From: Rotaria socialis
Taxonomy: Eukaryota
Direction of reading: 5' to 3'
Assembly (NCBI GenBank): GCA_905331295.1
Contig: CAJNYD010000464.1
Span: 62,001-96,957, forward strand
DNA: 34,957 nucleotides
Shown piece by piece: positions 1 through 11,503 of the stretch (position 1 is the stretch's first letter; every line of letters starts with the position of its first letter). Position numbers and translations under genes: made by a program. The notes below the pieces were generated by a model. That model did not search any database. It saw only the letters and a list, made by a program, of their open reading frames with translations, and was not told the DNA's origin.

Positions 1-886
1 AAGAGCTGAATTTAGATTTAGAAACGATCAATTATACGTGCAGTTTGAAAGAAAATTTAATTGGCATTGATTGGCTGTATTCAAATCCCATTGTCAATCA
101 AACATTGCATACATTATTCGGTAATTCAGTCATTGATTATTGGGGAATAAACGCAACAGAGGTGGAATTAGTCGAAACAACAACAAAATCAACTGCGAAC
201 CAGTCTGCACGGCTTTCTTGTAAACATGTAATCTTGATGTCATTCATGATGCTGTCATGTTGCATATCAATGTTTATTTGACAAAATGAAGTAAAACATT
301 GACTGAATAAAACATCTGAAAAATCTATTCAATCGAACGAAGTTGAAGCTAATTTTTCGATTGTGCAGTTCCATGTGTTTATTTTCACGAACTGTTAGGC
401 AGAGGAAGGAGAGGGATAGGAGTGAAGAACGTTTTTGAATCCAAACAGACGCTCACACCCAAATCTTCAAGATGCTATGATCGAGTATGGTTTGTCGATC
501 TGAAACGCTCATCAACAGCATCGATTGACTGTTTGAGTACACGTGGATAATATTTCGATTCAGGCATATTTTTCACCTCCAATTTATATTATATAATACC
601 GGTTTGTGTATATCGGTCGCGTGTTTCTTCTTCCTCATTCGTCTACCTATGCAATCGACAGTTGGTTTTTCCTACTTTCATAAAGAAAGCGAACGATAAA
701 TAAACACACATTCGAACGAGAGATATTTTGCTTCATTTTGTCCATTACAGAGGCAAAGGTAAGTGATGGTTAACTTCAACAATATAGTGAGAACAAAACA
801 AATCCTCTCAAGACATAAGTGTGTCGAATAAATTTCAATGAAATTATCTTTGGCCGTTTTAGTTATCTAAATTAAAAGATACTGCA

Positions 887-2734
887 ATGTCGCGATTGTC
901 AACAAGAAAAAGTTTAATTTCTGAAATCAGTTCTACCACTGATGAAGATTCGTCGCTAAATGTGCCCAACATCAATTATACAGCTCAGCCAAAAAAATAC
1001 TCAAATTCGCCTGAGAAAAAATCAAATAAATTCAAATCCATTTTATCAAATTGTGCAGCATCGGTGTCTCCGAAAGGTTCCAAACCATTATCTCGAGTTA
1101 TTCCGGACGACGACACAAGTAATAATGACAATTTGATATCCGTTTAAGTAACACTACTGAAGAGGAAATATCTCAATATGATAAATCATTTTTGACATGA
1201 GTTTGATTTCATGAAATAGACTTTCTTATAACTGCAGAAGATCTAAATTGATTGGTGTTCTTGAGTGTTACAATATTTTTTCAAGCATTCACAAGTTTCA
1301 ATAGAAGCTATTTAATGAGATACATTCGTAGACGAATATCACACAAGAACTGCCTTCTAACGTAGAACATCTAGCTACGCTATAGTATAATAAATTATTA
1401 TAGTCTCTAAGAAGTACAAAGATATAAATTATCATTTCAAATATCCAAACAAAAATAATGATCATTTTCAAGATTAAAAAGTAAAAAATTGGTATTTATT
1501 GTAGTGTCTAATCATCCATTATCATTGCCATATGATACTTGCGGAGAATCTTTACCTCTGACTAAATGCAAACTGTGTCTTCAGGCAACATCAGACCATT
1601 CATTATCTTGTTGTTCGTCAGCTGTTTGTTCATCATGCATTTCTTCTTATTTATCTATGCATATTACTAAAGATCAAATTCGTATATTTTGTCCATCGTG
1701 TCGACATATATTTACTCGCGATGAAATTCTATCATTATTATTTGAAAACAATTGCAATCGAAAGCTAGTGGAAGAATATACACGCTGTTATGCTGATATA
1801 AACCGTGAGGAACATAGAAAAACTTGTCCTAAATGTTGTACAATAAAAGAAATTAATAAAGATTTACTTCAAAATGTTCGTGGAAGGAAAAATACTCCGC
1901 GACATGTTATTTGTGATGACTGCCAATTTGAATGGTGCTTATATTGTCATGTGGTATGGCATCATGAAATGACTTGTGAGGAATATCGTGACGGAGAACA
2001 AATGATTCGAACATGGACATCACGAATTGGTGATGATCAGCAAAATGTACAACAATGTCCACGATGCAAAGTTAGATACAGTATTTTCCTCTATGATTTC
2101 AAATAAGATTAAAGATTATTTTCAGACATTTATATCAAAAATTGGTGATTGTTCAAATATGAGCTGCTCCAAATGCCAGTGTGATTTTTGTTGTAGGTGC
2201 GGAAAAAGAAGATTACAAATGAAAATTTTAGGTTCACATGACGACCGCTATTCTCTTTTTGGTAATAATTCGTTTTTAATTTCTTTGTACTTATTTGAAT
2301 ATCTGTTTTATTTAGGATGTAAATATAATTTATACCCAGAGAAACGTGCTTTACGTTATACAACTCGTGGTCTAGTTGCAGGCACTGCTTCACTGGTTGT
2401 CCCTCTCGCCGTTGCCACTGGTATTACACTATGCGCTGAAGGAACAGCAATTGGATTACCAACCTACGGAACATATCCTTTAGTTAAACATATACATAAT
2501 AAAAACCGAGCCCGCCGTTCAAGCTGTCAGCTAGTATCACGAAATTTGAATGAGGGAAATTTAAATTACATCGACGACGATGGTTTTATCCGAGACGTTG
2601 AACAGAGATCACTTTTATACAAGCAAGAGATGAAGCAATCGAAAAAAATATCGAAGAATCAAATTAATGGATGTGATGATGACAATCAACATGAACATTC
2701 AACTCTTGATCAATGGTTAGTTGATAATAAATAA
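887..2734 (+). pseudogene. RNF217-like RBR (RING1-IBR-RING2) E3 ubiquitin ligase, probably decaying
   Basis: RING1 (CKLC..CC..CSSC..CPSC), IBR (CPKC..CDDC..CLYC..WH..C) and RING2 (CPRCK|TFISKIGDCSNMSCSKC..FCCRC) are joined by GT-AG introns 2071-2125 and 2262-2315. The tail 'LGSHDDRYSLFG-CKYNLYPEK..RG' plus a hydrophobic segment matches the RNF217 pattern. The 5' part (887-1500) has an apparent frameshift near 1141 and in-frame stops in the putative exons. Confidence 0.75.
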
Positions 2735-3042
2735 AAACCAAATGCTTCTATGCGCCTTCGTGATTGTGTTGACGCATTTATTATTTTCAATCTTAATATC
2801 TTCTCCTCCATTTTCATACAAAACTAGATAATTTACTAGCAATCTTAAATCGATTTCAGTATATTTCTCGGAAAAATAAATCTAACTCAACTCATTTGAA
2901 GAGTAGCTATGAATGCTTACTGCGAATGTTAGATGCGTGTTATTGAGTTATAGAAGACATTTTATAGACACTTTCCTGGGTTCAAAATATGAGTCATCAA
3001 ATAAATCATGAAAACCTGGGTTCAAGTCGAATTGTTCTTGAT

Positions 3043-4065
3043 CAAGGTTGCCAACTGTTAAGGTCCCGAATGAGGTACAGAACGTCTCCAATGGGGTACG
3101 CATGGGGTACACTCGTGGGGTACAAAGCGTTTTTTACAAGACAAGAAAGTGACGCCACGAAACGGCTGGCAATGGCATTTTTAGCGAAAGAAAGATCACA
3201 TTCAACTGCCTATGTGCAAGACATGATCTGGAATGCTTGTTTTCAAACAAAAGAGCTCGCAGTTATTCCTGTTTTCAACATATTTCTGTTCAAAAGATAA
3301 AACAAAAATGTTTAATTAGAAAAAACGCTCTGTATTCACATTAACTGGCGCACATCTTTCTTTCATGACGGTATTGCTATTTGCTTTTGGTAAGTTTGAC
3401 CATTTCTGGTTGCGACTGTACAAATAAATAATAACCTTCACATTTCAGCTTAGTTTTCAACTTCAACCTAACTTTTCATTCAGCCGCAATTGTCTCAGTT
3501 GACATCGAGTTTCGACTTGGTGTCCATGCGTGCGTCATATGACTGAATCACCACCGAAGCAGACAAAAATTTTGAAAAGCACGTTTAAACATTCAAAATG
3601 AGACGGTCATTGTGCGCCATTAGCGCTCATTAAAAACCGGCAAGAAAGGCATTATGTATTCAAAATTTTCATTTTTAGAGCGTGAAGCCGGCGGAGAACT
3701 CCAGTTTTTGAGTGCTAAAACGCATTGTTTTTACATTATAGAATAAAAGTGCGCTTTACCGCTGAAAACTGAATTTTCCCGTCTTTTTTTACGCTCTGAA
3801 AGTGCAAATTTTGAACATAAAATGTGCTTCTTGCGGTTTTTTAATGAGCGCTAATGGCTCACAATCATGGTTCCATTTTGAGCGTTTAAACGCGTTTTTC
3901 CAAATTTTTGCCTCCTTGGGCAGCCGGCTAATATGATCAACACTCTTATCTCCACAAGAAAAACGCTAGTTAAAGCCAAAAATGTCATTGATTTATATCG
4001 AAAGTTGATTGATATATATATAGTGTAAAGGGAAAAGTCCAAATGGATTACAGTTGGTAACCCTG
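3043..4065. mobile_element. Non-autonomous hAT-type DNA transposon (1023 bp)
   Basis: 16-bp TIRs CAAGGTTGCCAACTGT / ACAGTTGGTAACCCTG (14/16 match). Perfect 8-bp TSD TTCTTGAT at 3035-3042 and 4066-4073. Subterminal GGGGTAC-like motifs at ~3071-3123. No transposase ORF. Confidence 0.88.
3561..3913. repeat. ~350-bp imperfect palindrome inside the hAT element
   Basis: The left arm AGACAAAAATTTTGAAAAGCACGTTTAAAC..GCCATTAGCGCTCATTAAAAA is mirrored by TTTTTAATGAGCGCTAATGGC..GTTTAAACGCGTTTTTCCAAATTTTTGCCT. The centre is near 3737. Confidence 0.8.
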
Positions 4066-4363
4066 TTCTTGATGGTTACCATTTAATTTTGTTTAAATTT
4101 GTATAATTGATATAAGCTCGTTTAACGCAATATAGATAAAATACTGGGATCTAGTAAGTTCTCCATAGTTTAGTGGTTATTGATTTCTTTGAAAAGTTTT
4201 TTCTTGTATATTAATAGATCAATTTTTGTATTTTTTGATTCTGATATAAAATATTTGATGACATCACATTCGTTCAGTAGAGAGTTAGCAACGTTTTACT
4301 GTTGTTTAAAGCGAAATCGGTAAAATAAATAAACGAACTTTGCTAGTCAAAGGAAGAATTACG

Positions 4364-6248
4364 TTACTTGAATGTGACACGCAATTCGGTGCGCGGCGAG
4401 TAAAGAAAAATTTCGTCTTGAATTTCGATGATTTTCTGCGATACTTCTACGTCTGCTGATAGGCTTCCGAAGACTTCTAATGTTATTTTTCTCAGCTGAG
4501 AACAAGTGCGTATCAAATTTCTCCATTCGTTAATATCCAACAATATTTTGGCATCGTTACAATTAATGATCAATCGAACACATGGAACAGTGTATACAAC
4601 CTTAATAAAACCAAATAGTGACTTTAAGAAGCACGAATGGCGATGTTGCAAACAATTGTTCATTGAAGTTAACGGAAACTGGCTCATATCAAATAGAAAA
4701 TATTTAATATTGGATTTCTTTGCATATATTCTATCGAAATTATCCATAATCGAGTGATCGCAAACTGCTCCGGCACAACATATTCTGAATTCATTAATCG
4801 AACTTTGAAATTTCTCGAAAATAATACTCAGAAACTTGAAACTAATTTCATAATCATACCACAACGAAAGACATTTCAATTTGGGAAATGGTGCTGTGTA
4901 ATTGTCAATCGCATCTATTTGTTGAAAATTCATAACAGTCAATGAAGTAACATTAGGAAAAATATGCAAGGAATCTAAATTTGCTTGTGTTAGAAGCCAA
5001 GACATGTTAAGGCATAGGGAAGTAATTTGTTGAGGCTTGATTTTTCGAAGAATCATATTAATAAATGTCTCAGAAGGATCACAAATCATCACTTTTGTAC
5101 AATTTTGACGTAGCAAAGGAAGAATATTAGTGGAAAATGCTTGGATGGCATCGTTCAATGTGAGATAGTTGCAAATCTCAGGAAATAATTTTTCCCAATC
5201 TTTATTCTTGTCAATGAATTCGAGTATTTGACACTGAATGAAAAAGAAAAACATAGAAGTTTTTTTTTCTTCAATTTCTTATTATTTCGGAGTATCGACT
5301 TTTATACTTATTAAAAGTGACAAGATAAAGTACAAACTCACTAAAGCTCGTTCATTGTCATCACATTCTTGTTTGAAAACGGTCAATTCGTTGCGTAAGG
5401 TGCCGCGATCAACTTTCCGTCCGGTTTGTTGTAAAATATCATCTTGAAGCAATATCTTGAATTGATATTGGGATACTAGTGAACCATTATCATGTTCTAC
5501 AAAAAGTCGCTTGATTCCAATCAACATCGGACATCGATGCAAATTAAAACTATCAAGTTCTGTGGAGAACATTTGCTTCCAAACCTTTTCCAATCTAATT
5601 CATTAACAAAGTATTTAAAATAATGCGTCATGTCAAACGATTTAATTTCCCTTTGAGAAATAACTCTTACTTTGAATATGGCTATTTTTTAGTTCTTATA
5701 AATACATTTTATTCTTTCTATTATGAAATTCGAGATCACTTACCTAAATCTATTCGATTCGAAGGTAACATCCCAGGGCCATACAACATAATTTTCGAGT
5801 AAATATTCGATGATATTTGTCGACGAGAATATAGTTTTACAGAATGGTTCACTGTTCAGGCAAACTTCATTGTGGATATAAACAAGTACTGGACGACGCT
5901 AAATTAAAATACATTGGTTTGTTTTGTTAAGTCATAAAAGCAGTTTTAAAACAGACTTCTATCATCAATTTTGAGCTGAATGCATCTTCGCATGCTTGCT
6001 GAAGAGAACCCATAAAGAATGCCGGAGAATCATTGTAATGTTCTCCGAAATATTTGTTAAATGATTCAATAGCTACAGTTTCGTTTTCATATTCTTTAGG
6101 CACTAGTAAATAATAGAACAATTAAATATCTCATCTCTTAATTATAATAAACAATAGATTACTTACTGGGACTGATAAGAACGTCATTGTCTTCATCGTC
6201 ACTTTTAATGTCGATTTCTACTTCTGAACCATCATCATCATCCGACAT
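4364..6248 (-). CDS. FAF1-type UAS (thioredoxin-like) domain fused to a degenerate F-box-like motif and LRR-like region, ~501 aa
   Basis: Exons 6248-6167, 6102-5957, 5898-5744, 5594-5342 and 5233-4364 splice GT-AG into one open frame (1506 nt). The UAS-like segment reads 'PMPKEYENE..FNKYFGEHY..PAFFMGSLQQACEDAF..RRPVLVYIH..FCKTIF..IIEYLLENYVVWPWDVT..N'. The last exon has 'LFPEICNYLTLNDAIQAFS' followed by LxxLxL repeats. Confidence 0.8.
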
Positions 6249-6879
6249 TGAAAACGAATAGAATTACTTATAAAGATTTCAATCTAAAACAAAATCATTT
6301 GCTGAATACAGGACATATTATTCTTGTTTCACAAAAGAATTTTTTGTGGTTGCAAAATTCAGCCGAAATGAATTCAAGGAAGAACAAAATGATTAAGCGC
6401 TTGAAATTTTTATGCATCAATTTAAAGAAAAAGAAAAAGTCTTCGGACGATATTTTTTTCGAGTCCGCATGTAAAACTGCACTGAAAATTTTGTTTCATT
6501 CTTGTCGAAACATAAAATTCGTCGTGCCTTCTGGAAGAAAACATGTTTGTCACAACGGCAATAACTGATAAAATTCCATGATTCATAATATTCATTGCGT
6601 TCTGTAGTTGCGGAGAAAACGCCTACTTGACTGCGTCCATTCAATTCAGTGACTACGACATTTATACTGTTTGATTATTCTCCTGTTTCTATCGATTTTA
6701 CATGCATGTTGGAAGAAAATAATCAGTTGACTACTCCGGCTTGCAGCGAACATGATATGTGCGTTTCACATCTCCGCCCCAAACTGGCTCTGCTAACAAT
6801 GGTTTACTACGTGAACTAGTACCTATCTGTAATTTTTTAATGCGTATGATCGACAACTCGGGTGATTGAATACGGTCAC

Positions 6880-6987
6880 CAGATGCGGGCCGGATATGGC
6901 CGTGTAAGACTGTATGCGTACCGTTTACGCACAGGTTTTCGCCGTAAAACACCGTTCTGGATCACGGACCGTATTGTTCGACCAGGG
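6880..6987. mobile_element. Possible terminal fragment of a CCC-ended non-autonomous DNA transposon
   Basis: Locally GC-rich tract with repeated CCGT motifs ending ..CCGTATTGTTCGACCAGGG. No partner TIR was found. Confidence 0.35.
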
Positions 6988-7614
6988 AATGGTTAATAAC
7001 TTCATCAATTCGTTCACACATATATGCGTATGCCAGTGCTCGCTTTTGTCTTGTGGAATCTGCCAAAATTTATTAGGAATATTGCTCAGTTTTGAAAATT
7101 CATCTTTCTTTGGAACACAACTTATAAATGGCATGTGCTTTTGTTTTTCTAATCGACAGCATGTTGAAATGAAATAAATAGATAGAGCTAATTAATAATC
7201 TATGCGATAATTTAAGACGGCGAAATATAAGAATTTCTTGAGGGTGTGTGATCTTCCGTGGGGGTGAACTTGTGATGCCTGAATGTCGATCGTGAAGCAA
7301 TCCAAAAGATTTCGATGATATACGTTTTCGCAGATCAGTAGCTCGATGAACATGCAATTTTTATTCGGTCGTTCTTTGTATTTTGTTAAATTATTGTGAC
7401 GTAAGTATATTTTTTAAAGATATCGATAATAAAACAAAAATAACTTCATCTAGAAAGAAAATATAAACTACCCATGTGAGTCGAATCGGAGAAAAACCAG
7501 CGGTAGTTTCATGCTTTTACGGATAGAATCAGAATTTTAGTCTACTGATCCGTACTCCTATCCCTCTGACCCCAAAATGAATATTTACGGTCCATTATAT
7601 TATTGAGATTAATC

Positions 7615-7660
7615 AAAAGGGTGTGGGTGTGAGATTGTCTTCACCCACATGCACACCCAT
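7615..7660. repeat. TGTGGG-based mini-palindrome
   Basis: AAGGGTGTGGGTGTGA..TCACCCACATGCACACCC. Confidence 0.65.
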
Positions 7661-9071
7661 TGCATAGCACAGAAATAAAAACTTGCTTTTAATTGATTTC
7701 TTGTGTTGGTAAATATTTAAAAATTGCTCAATATTTGAGACGAAAAATATTGTAAAAGTTAGTTTCTATTACAAACACAGAGAAAATCGTTCATGCTAAA
7801 TGGTACGCAGCTAAGCAGGACATAGACAAAGAAACCAGAGTACTGAGGGGATGAGAGAAATTTGAAGCTGCAAGATAAAAAGAAATGAAGAGAGAAGAAT
7901 AATGAAACAATGATCCATTTCTTACACTACGCGGATAGAATGATTGATGACATGTAACAATAAGAAATTTCAAATTTCGTTTCATTTCTGAAAGTAAAAA
8001 TAATTTGAAAGAGCAACCTCGAATTAGATTTCCTACTCAGGCACGATATTGGCCTTTCAGTTCTCTGTTACTTACTGAAGTAACCGAAGGTATGGATGAT
8101 ATGAGTATTGCAATTGGCGTTTATGAAGACAAATTACACACCTATACCTATATCCTTCTGATAAATCGCAGTTCAGAAAAAAATGATGCACGTATCTACA
8201 CTATGCACTTTTGTGTTTGAGAGTAACACAAAGCGCGAGTCTAACATAAAGAAAGGAAAACATTAAAATTAGCCGGCATGTGATTTGAATAAAAGCTAGA
8301 TGTGGTGCACTCAATAAATGAGCGAATATCTGTTATCCGATGGGAAATAGGAAAAGACATATCGCATGTTATGTGGAAGAGTATCAACAAATAAGTGCAT
8401 GCTGTCGTAGTAAACTGCGTATATTCTGTAGTCACCATTCAGGAGCTTCAATTATTTTCTTTTACCAAATTCACATTGAAATAGCGGAATTGTCTTGGAC
8501 AATTATATGGGCACATGTTCATAGTCTAGAATTTATTCATCTAGAAATAAAATTGAATACTAGTCACAAAAAGAAAAACCTTCTGTTGTTTAAAGTCACT
8601 TGAAACCATTGATCATTTATTATAATCAATCTTCGCTCAGGCGCATTCAAATCTTATGATATTGTCTGAATATGTTGAAGTTATCGTAGAAAAACTCTCG
8701 AAAATTTCTCAAGACTATGTCATGACATTTGAGGGAGATATTTAGAAACCAAACGTCAAAAATTGTTCATTGAACAACCGAAGATTCTCTATATATTTTT
8801 TATCATAGTATGCATCCTGAGATGCCCTTTTAAAAGAACAATTAATTGTGAAGAATTTTGACTTGCTAAACGAGTTATTTTTATCGCTTTTTTGGTAAAT
8901 ATAATCTTTAAATGTCATGGCATAGCATTGAAAATTTGACTATAGCCTCGCTACAGATTTATTTTTGTGGGGTTTCATTGGAAAATTATTGAATAGAAAA
9001 ATGAAGCGAGACTGATTACGTGTAAATTTGGTTGACTCTTAAAAGGAACCATCGCGCATGTAAATGATATT

Positions 9072-10097
9072 TTACGGAGAAAGTTCAATGACCCATTTGT
9101 TTCTGTTAGCATCAAAGTTGCATGACCGTATATAAAAGGCAAAGTCGAATGAGAGCAATGCTTCTTCTTCGTCAGGATAGGCGGAATATGACGAAACATC
9201 GGCTCCATCCAAAGTACTGATATTGATAGCAAAGAGAACGTTTCCGAATTGTTCAGCCTTCGCACGATTTCGACTTGTTGATGTAAACGCTGGAAATGTA
9301 AGATACGCATCCAAGTTGTCTCTATATTTGCTAATTAAATCGTCGGATAAATTAGCACCACGATAGACGGTCATTTTGCTGTACTTTTTTGTAGTTTTTA
9401 GTGCAGAAAGAAGAAAAGCAAAAGGGCCAAATGTTAAAATTTTACTTTTCCACAGTTCTTCATGTTGCTTGTCACCTGCTAATCTCATGTATTCATTCAT
9501 TTTCTGATACAAAAAGGATTCCATCGTGTAAATATGAGCGCAACATTGCCATATTTCGTCCTGATTTGCATCTTTCATCTTTAAGAGCTGCTCTGCTATC
9601 CATTCGGCCTCCTTCTGTTTGCCTACCAGCTTTCCTTCAATGATAATACCTTCGGCAGCTTTTTCAATCAACATTCGAATAGTGTTTGGATCGTTGAGGT
9701 TTTGGTCATTAGTGATATCATAATGTTTATAAAATTCGCCGAAAAACATCAATAAATTAGTCTGTGCTGTGAAAGGTGTTGATGGATTAATTGGATTTGG
9801 CATGAATCTGGCCTCTCTGAGCCTTACTTCAGCTGTGGACCTGGTCTTATCAATACGCTTAACGGGTCGTTGTTGGTTTGCGTTAACATTTGATATTTGA
9901 ACAGAGCGTTGGAAATCGATGTGATAACTATCAAGCAAAACTTCAGACAGTTTTCTTTGAAATCCGTCTTCGATGATTGCTATTTCAACATCAGAAAAGA
10001 CACTCCATTCTTCTGGTTCAGTGGATGACCAAGGATCTTTATTTGATTTCCACAACCATTCAATACGAGTTCTTGAAGAACTAGACGCTTTTGCCAT
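9072..10097 (-). CDS. WWE-domain + mono-ADP-ribosyltransferase (R-S-E / ARTC class), ~341 aa
   Basis: N-terminal WWE ('IEWLWKS..WS..EWSVFSDVEIAIIEDGF..YHIDF..QRPVKR'). C-terminal ART motifs 'IYTMESFLYQKMNEYMR', 'VYRG' (R), 'FTSTS' (S) and 'DEEEAL' (ExE). The CDS is uninterrupted. The likely start is MAKASSS at 10097; the ORF extends to 10127. Confidence 0.88.
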   Translation of the reverse strand: MAKASSSSRTRIEWLWKSNKDPWSSTEPEEWSVFSDVEIAIIEDGFQRKLSEVLLDSYHIDFQRSVQISNVNANQQRPVKRIDKTRSTAEVRLREARFMPNPINPSTPFTAQTNLLMFFGEFYKHYDITNDQNLNDPNTIRMLIEKAAEGIIIEGKLVGKQKEAEWIAEQLLKMKDANQDEIWQCCAHIYTMESFLYQKMNEYMRLAGDKQHEELWKSKILTFGPFAFLLSALKTTKKYSKMTVYRGANLSDDLISKYRDNLDAYLTFPAFTSTSRNRAKAEQFGNVLFAINISTLDGADVSSYSAYPDEEEALLSFDFAFYIRSCNFDANRNKWVIELSP

Positions 10098-11334
10098 TGT
10101 CGCGTGTTCAGAGTAAGCGAAGCGCATACCACTCTTGCTACACTTTAATATATTACTCGTACATTACCACGGCAACTGGAGGACGAGAAAATGAAAAAAG
10201 AAAAAACTATACAATGCCATTACGTTTTCTTTCTTTTTTACAGCTCCTACTTCTACAAATAGTATCGACGAGAAATCATCAAACAGCACGCTCAACAACG
10301 TTTAAATTGAATGTTCAAGTACACGTATATCTTCGAGTATGTGAATTAGTGTTGATGCAGCAGAATATTTCCATGGTTGGTAAAAATCAATTCAATCTCT
10401 CCCTGCAAAATTTGGTGAAAATTGAAATATCATCCTGATGAATTTTTGTTAGTGTAATTAGTAACTAAAGCTACGATAAATAAAAAGGTGCAGGCAATTG
10501 GCCTTTCAATAACTTCTGAAGAAGAATACATCATACAGTAGAATTCTTACGATAGAGTCATTGCAAAAATAATTTTTTTGCACAATTGATTCGTGATAGA
10601 AAAGAAAGAGGAAAAAAGAATGTTTCCATCGTTCATTACGCCATGTTCAAAGAAATGGAAAAAAAAGCGAAAAGATAAAATTAGAATCTCTGACAAATAA
10701 ACTCTTAATCGAGGTATTCTAGAGTTCTCTTCACGGTATTGATCTAGAGATGTAGTTATAGGTAGAAGCTAGCCGCCAATGTCCTCACACCGAGGTCACA
10801 GAGCTTCACACGTTTTCTACTTGTTACTACTATACTAAAAATCTTCTTTGTTTTTGTCGCACTTATTTACAAGAAAATTAGTTATCGTCCATCGATTTCT
10901 TATCGAACTATATTAGGTGTAATATTATAGTGGATTTTGTCGCTAACAGACGGCAGGACTCTAGCTTCTTTATCATTCATTCGTCAACTATATAACCATT
11001 CACTTTTTCTATCTAAATCTTGTGTGATTTTGCGATGCATGCACGAAATCAACATTTTGATACATACTTCAATACGACCTTCAGAACGATAGGAACGTTC
11101 AATAGTCACTTATATAAATTATCCTATTTCTCATTATGGTCAAAAATAGTGAGCACTCAAATTTGATTCTGTTTTGGATTATCATGTTAAAAATAACTAC
11201 TTTATGCAAAGGAAACATAATTCCATAATGATTTTCTCTCAGTTCAACATTACTGGGTCATAATTCAGTTAAATACAAAAGAAAATAAATGGTAGGCATT
11301 TGATGCAGCTGCTTGCAACAATCACAAACGATGC

Positions 11335-11382
11335 TTTAAAGGGTGTGCAGTGCTTTATACACCTACACTCACATCCTCAAGA
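11335..11382. repeat. TGTGGG-based mini-palindrome (degenerate)
   Basis: TTTAAAGGGTGTG..ACACCTACACTCACATCCTCAAGA, ending ~120 bp upstream of the M20 ATG. Confidence 0.55.
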
Positions 11383-11503
11383 AATAGCACTTTTGCATCA
11401 CAATTTATAGTATATAATATCCCATTAGGTAATTATTCTTATTGCAATGAAAAATTATAAGTGGTGATGTTCAGTACTTGAAAATGACTTTTCTTTTCAG
11501 AAA

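Noticed and set aside
2989..3300. 103-aa ORF overlapping the hAT left end as a possible transposase
   Set aside because: It crosses the element boundary and has no BED finger, DDE or dimerisation motifs.
4506..4945. Short antisense or alternate-frame ORFs here and at 9401-9643, 8975-9310 and 21382-21594
   Set aside because: Shadow ORFs overlapping real genes, with no independent coding signal.
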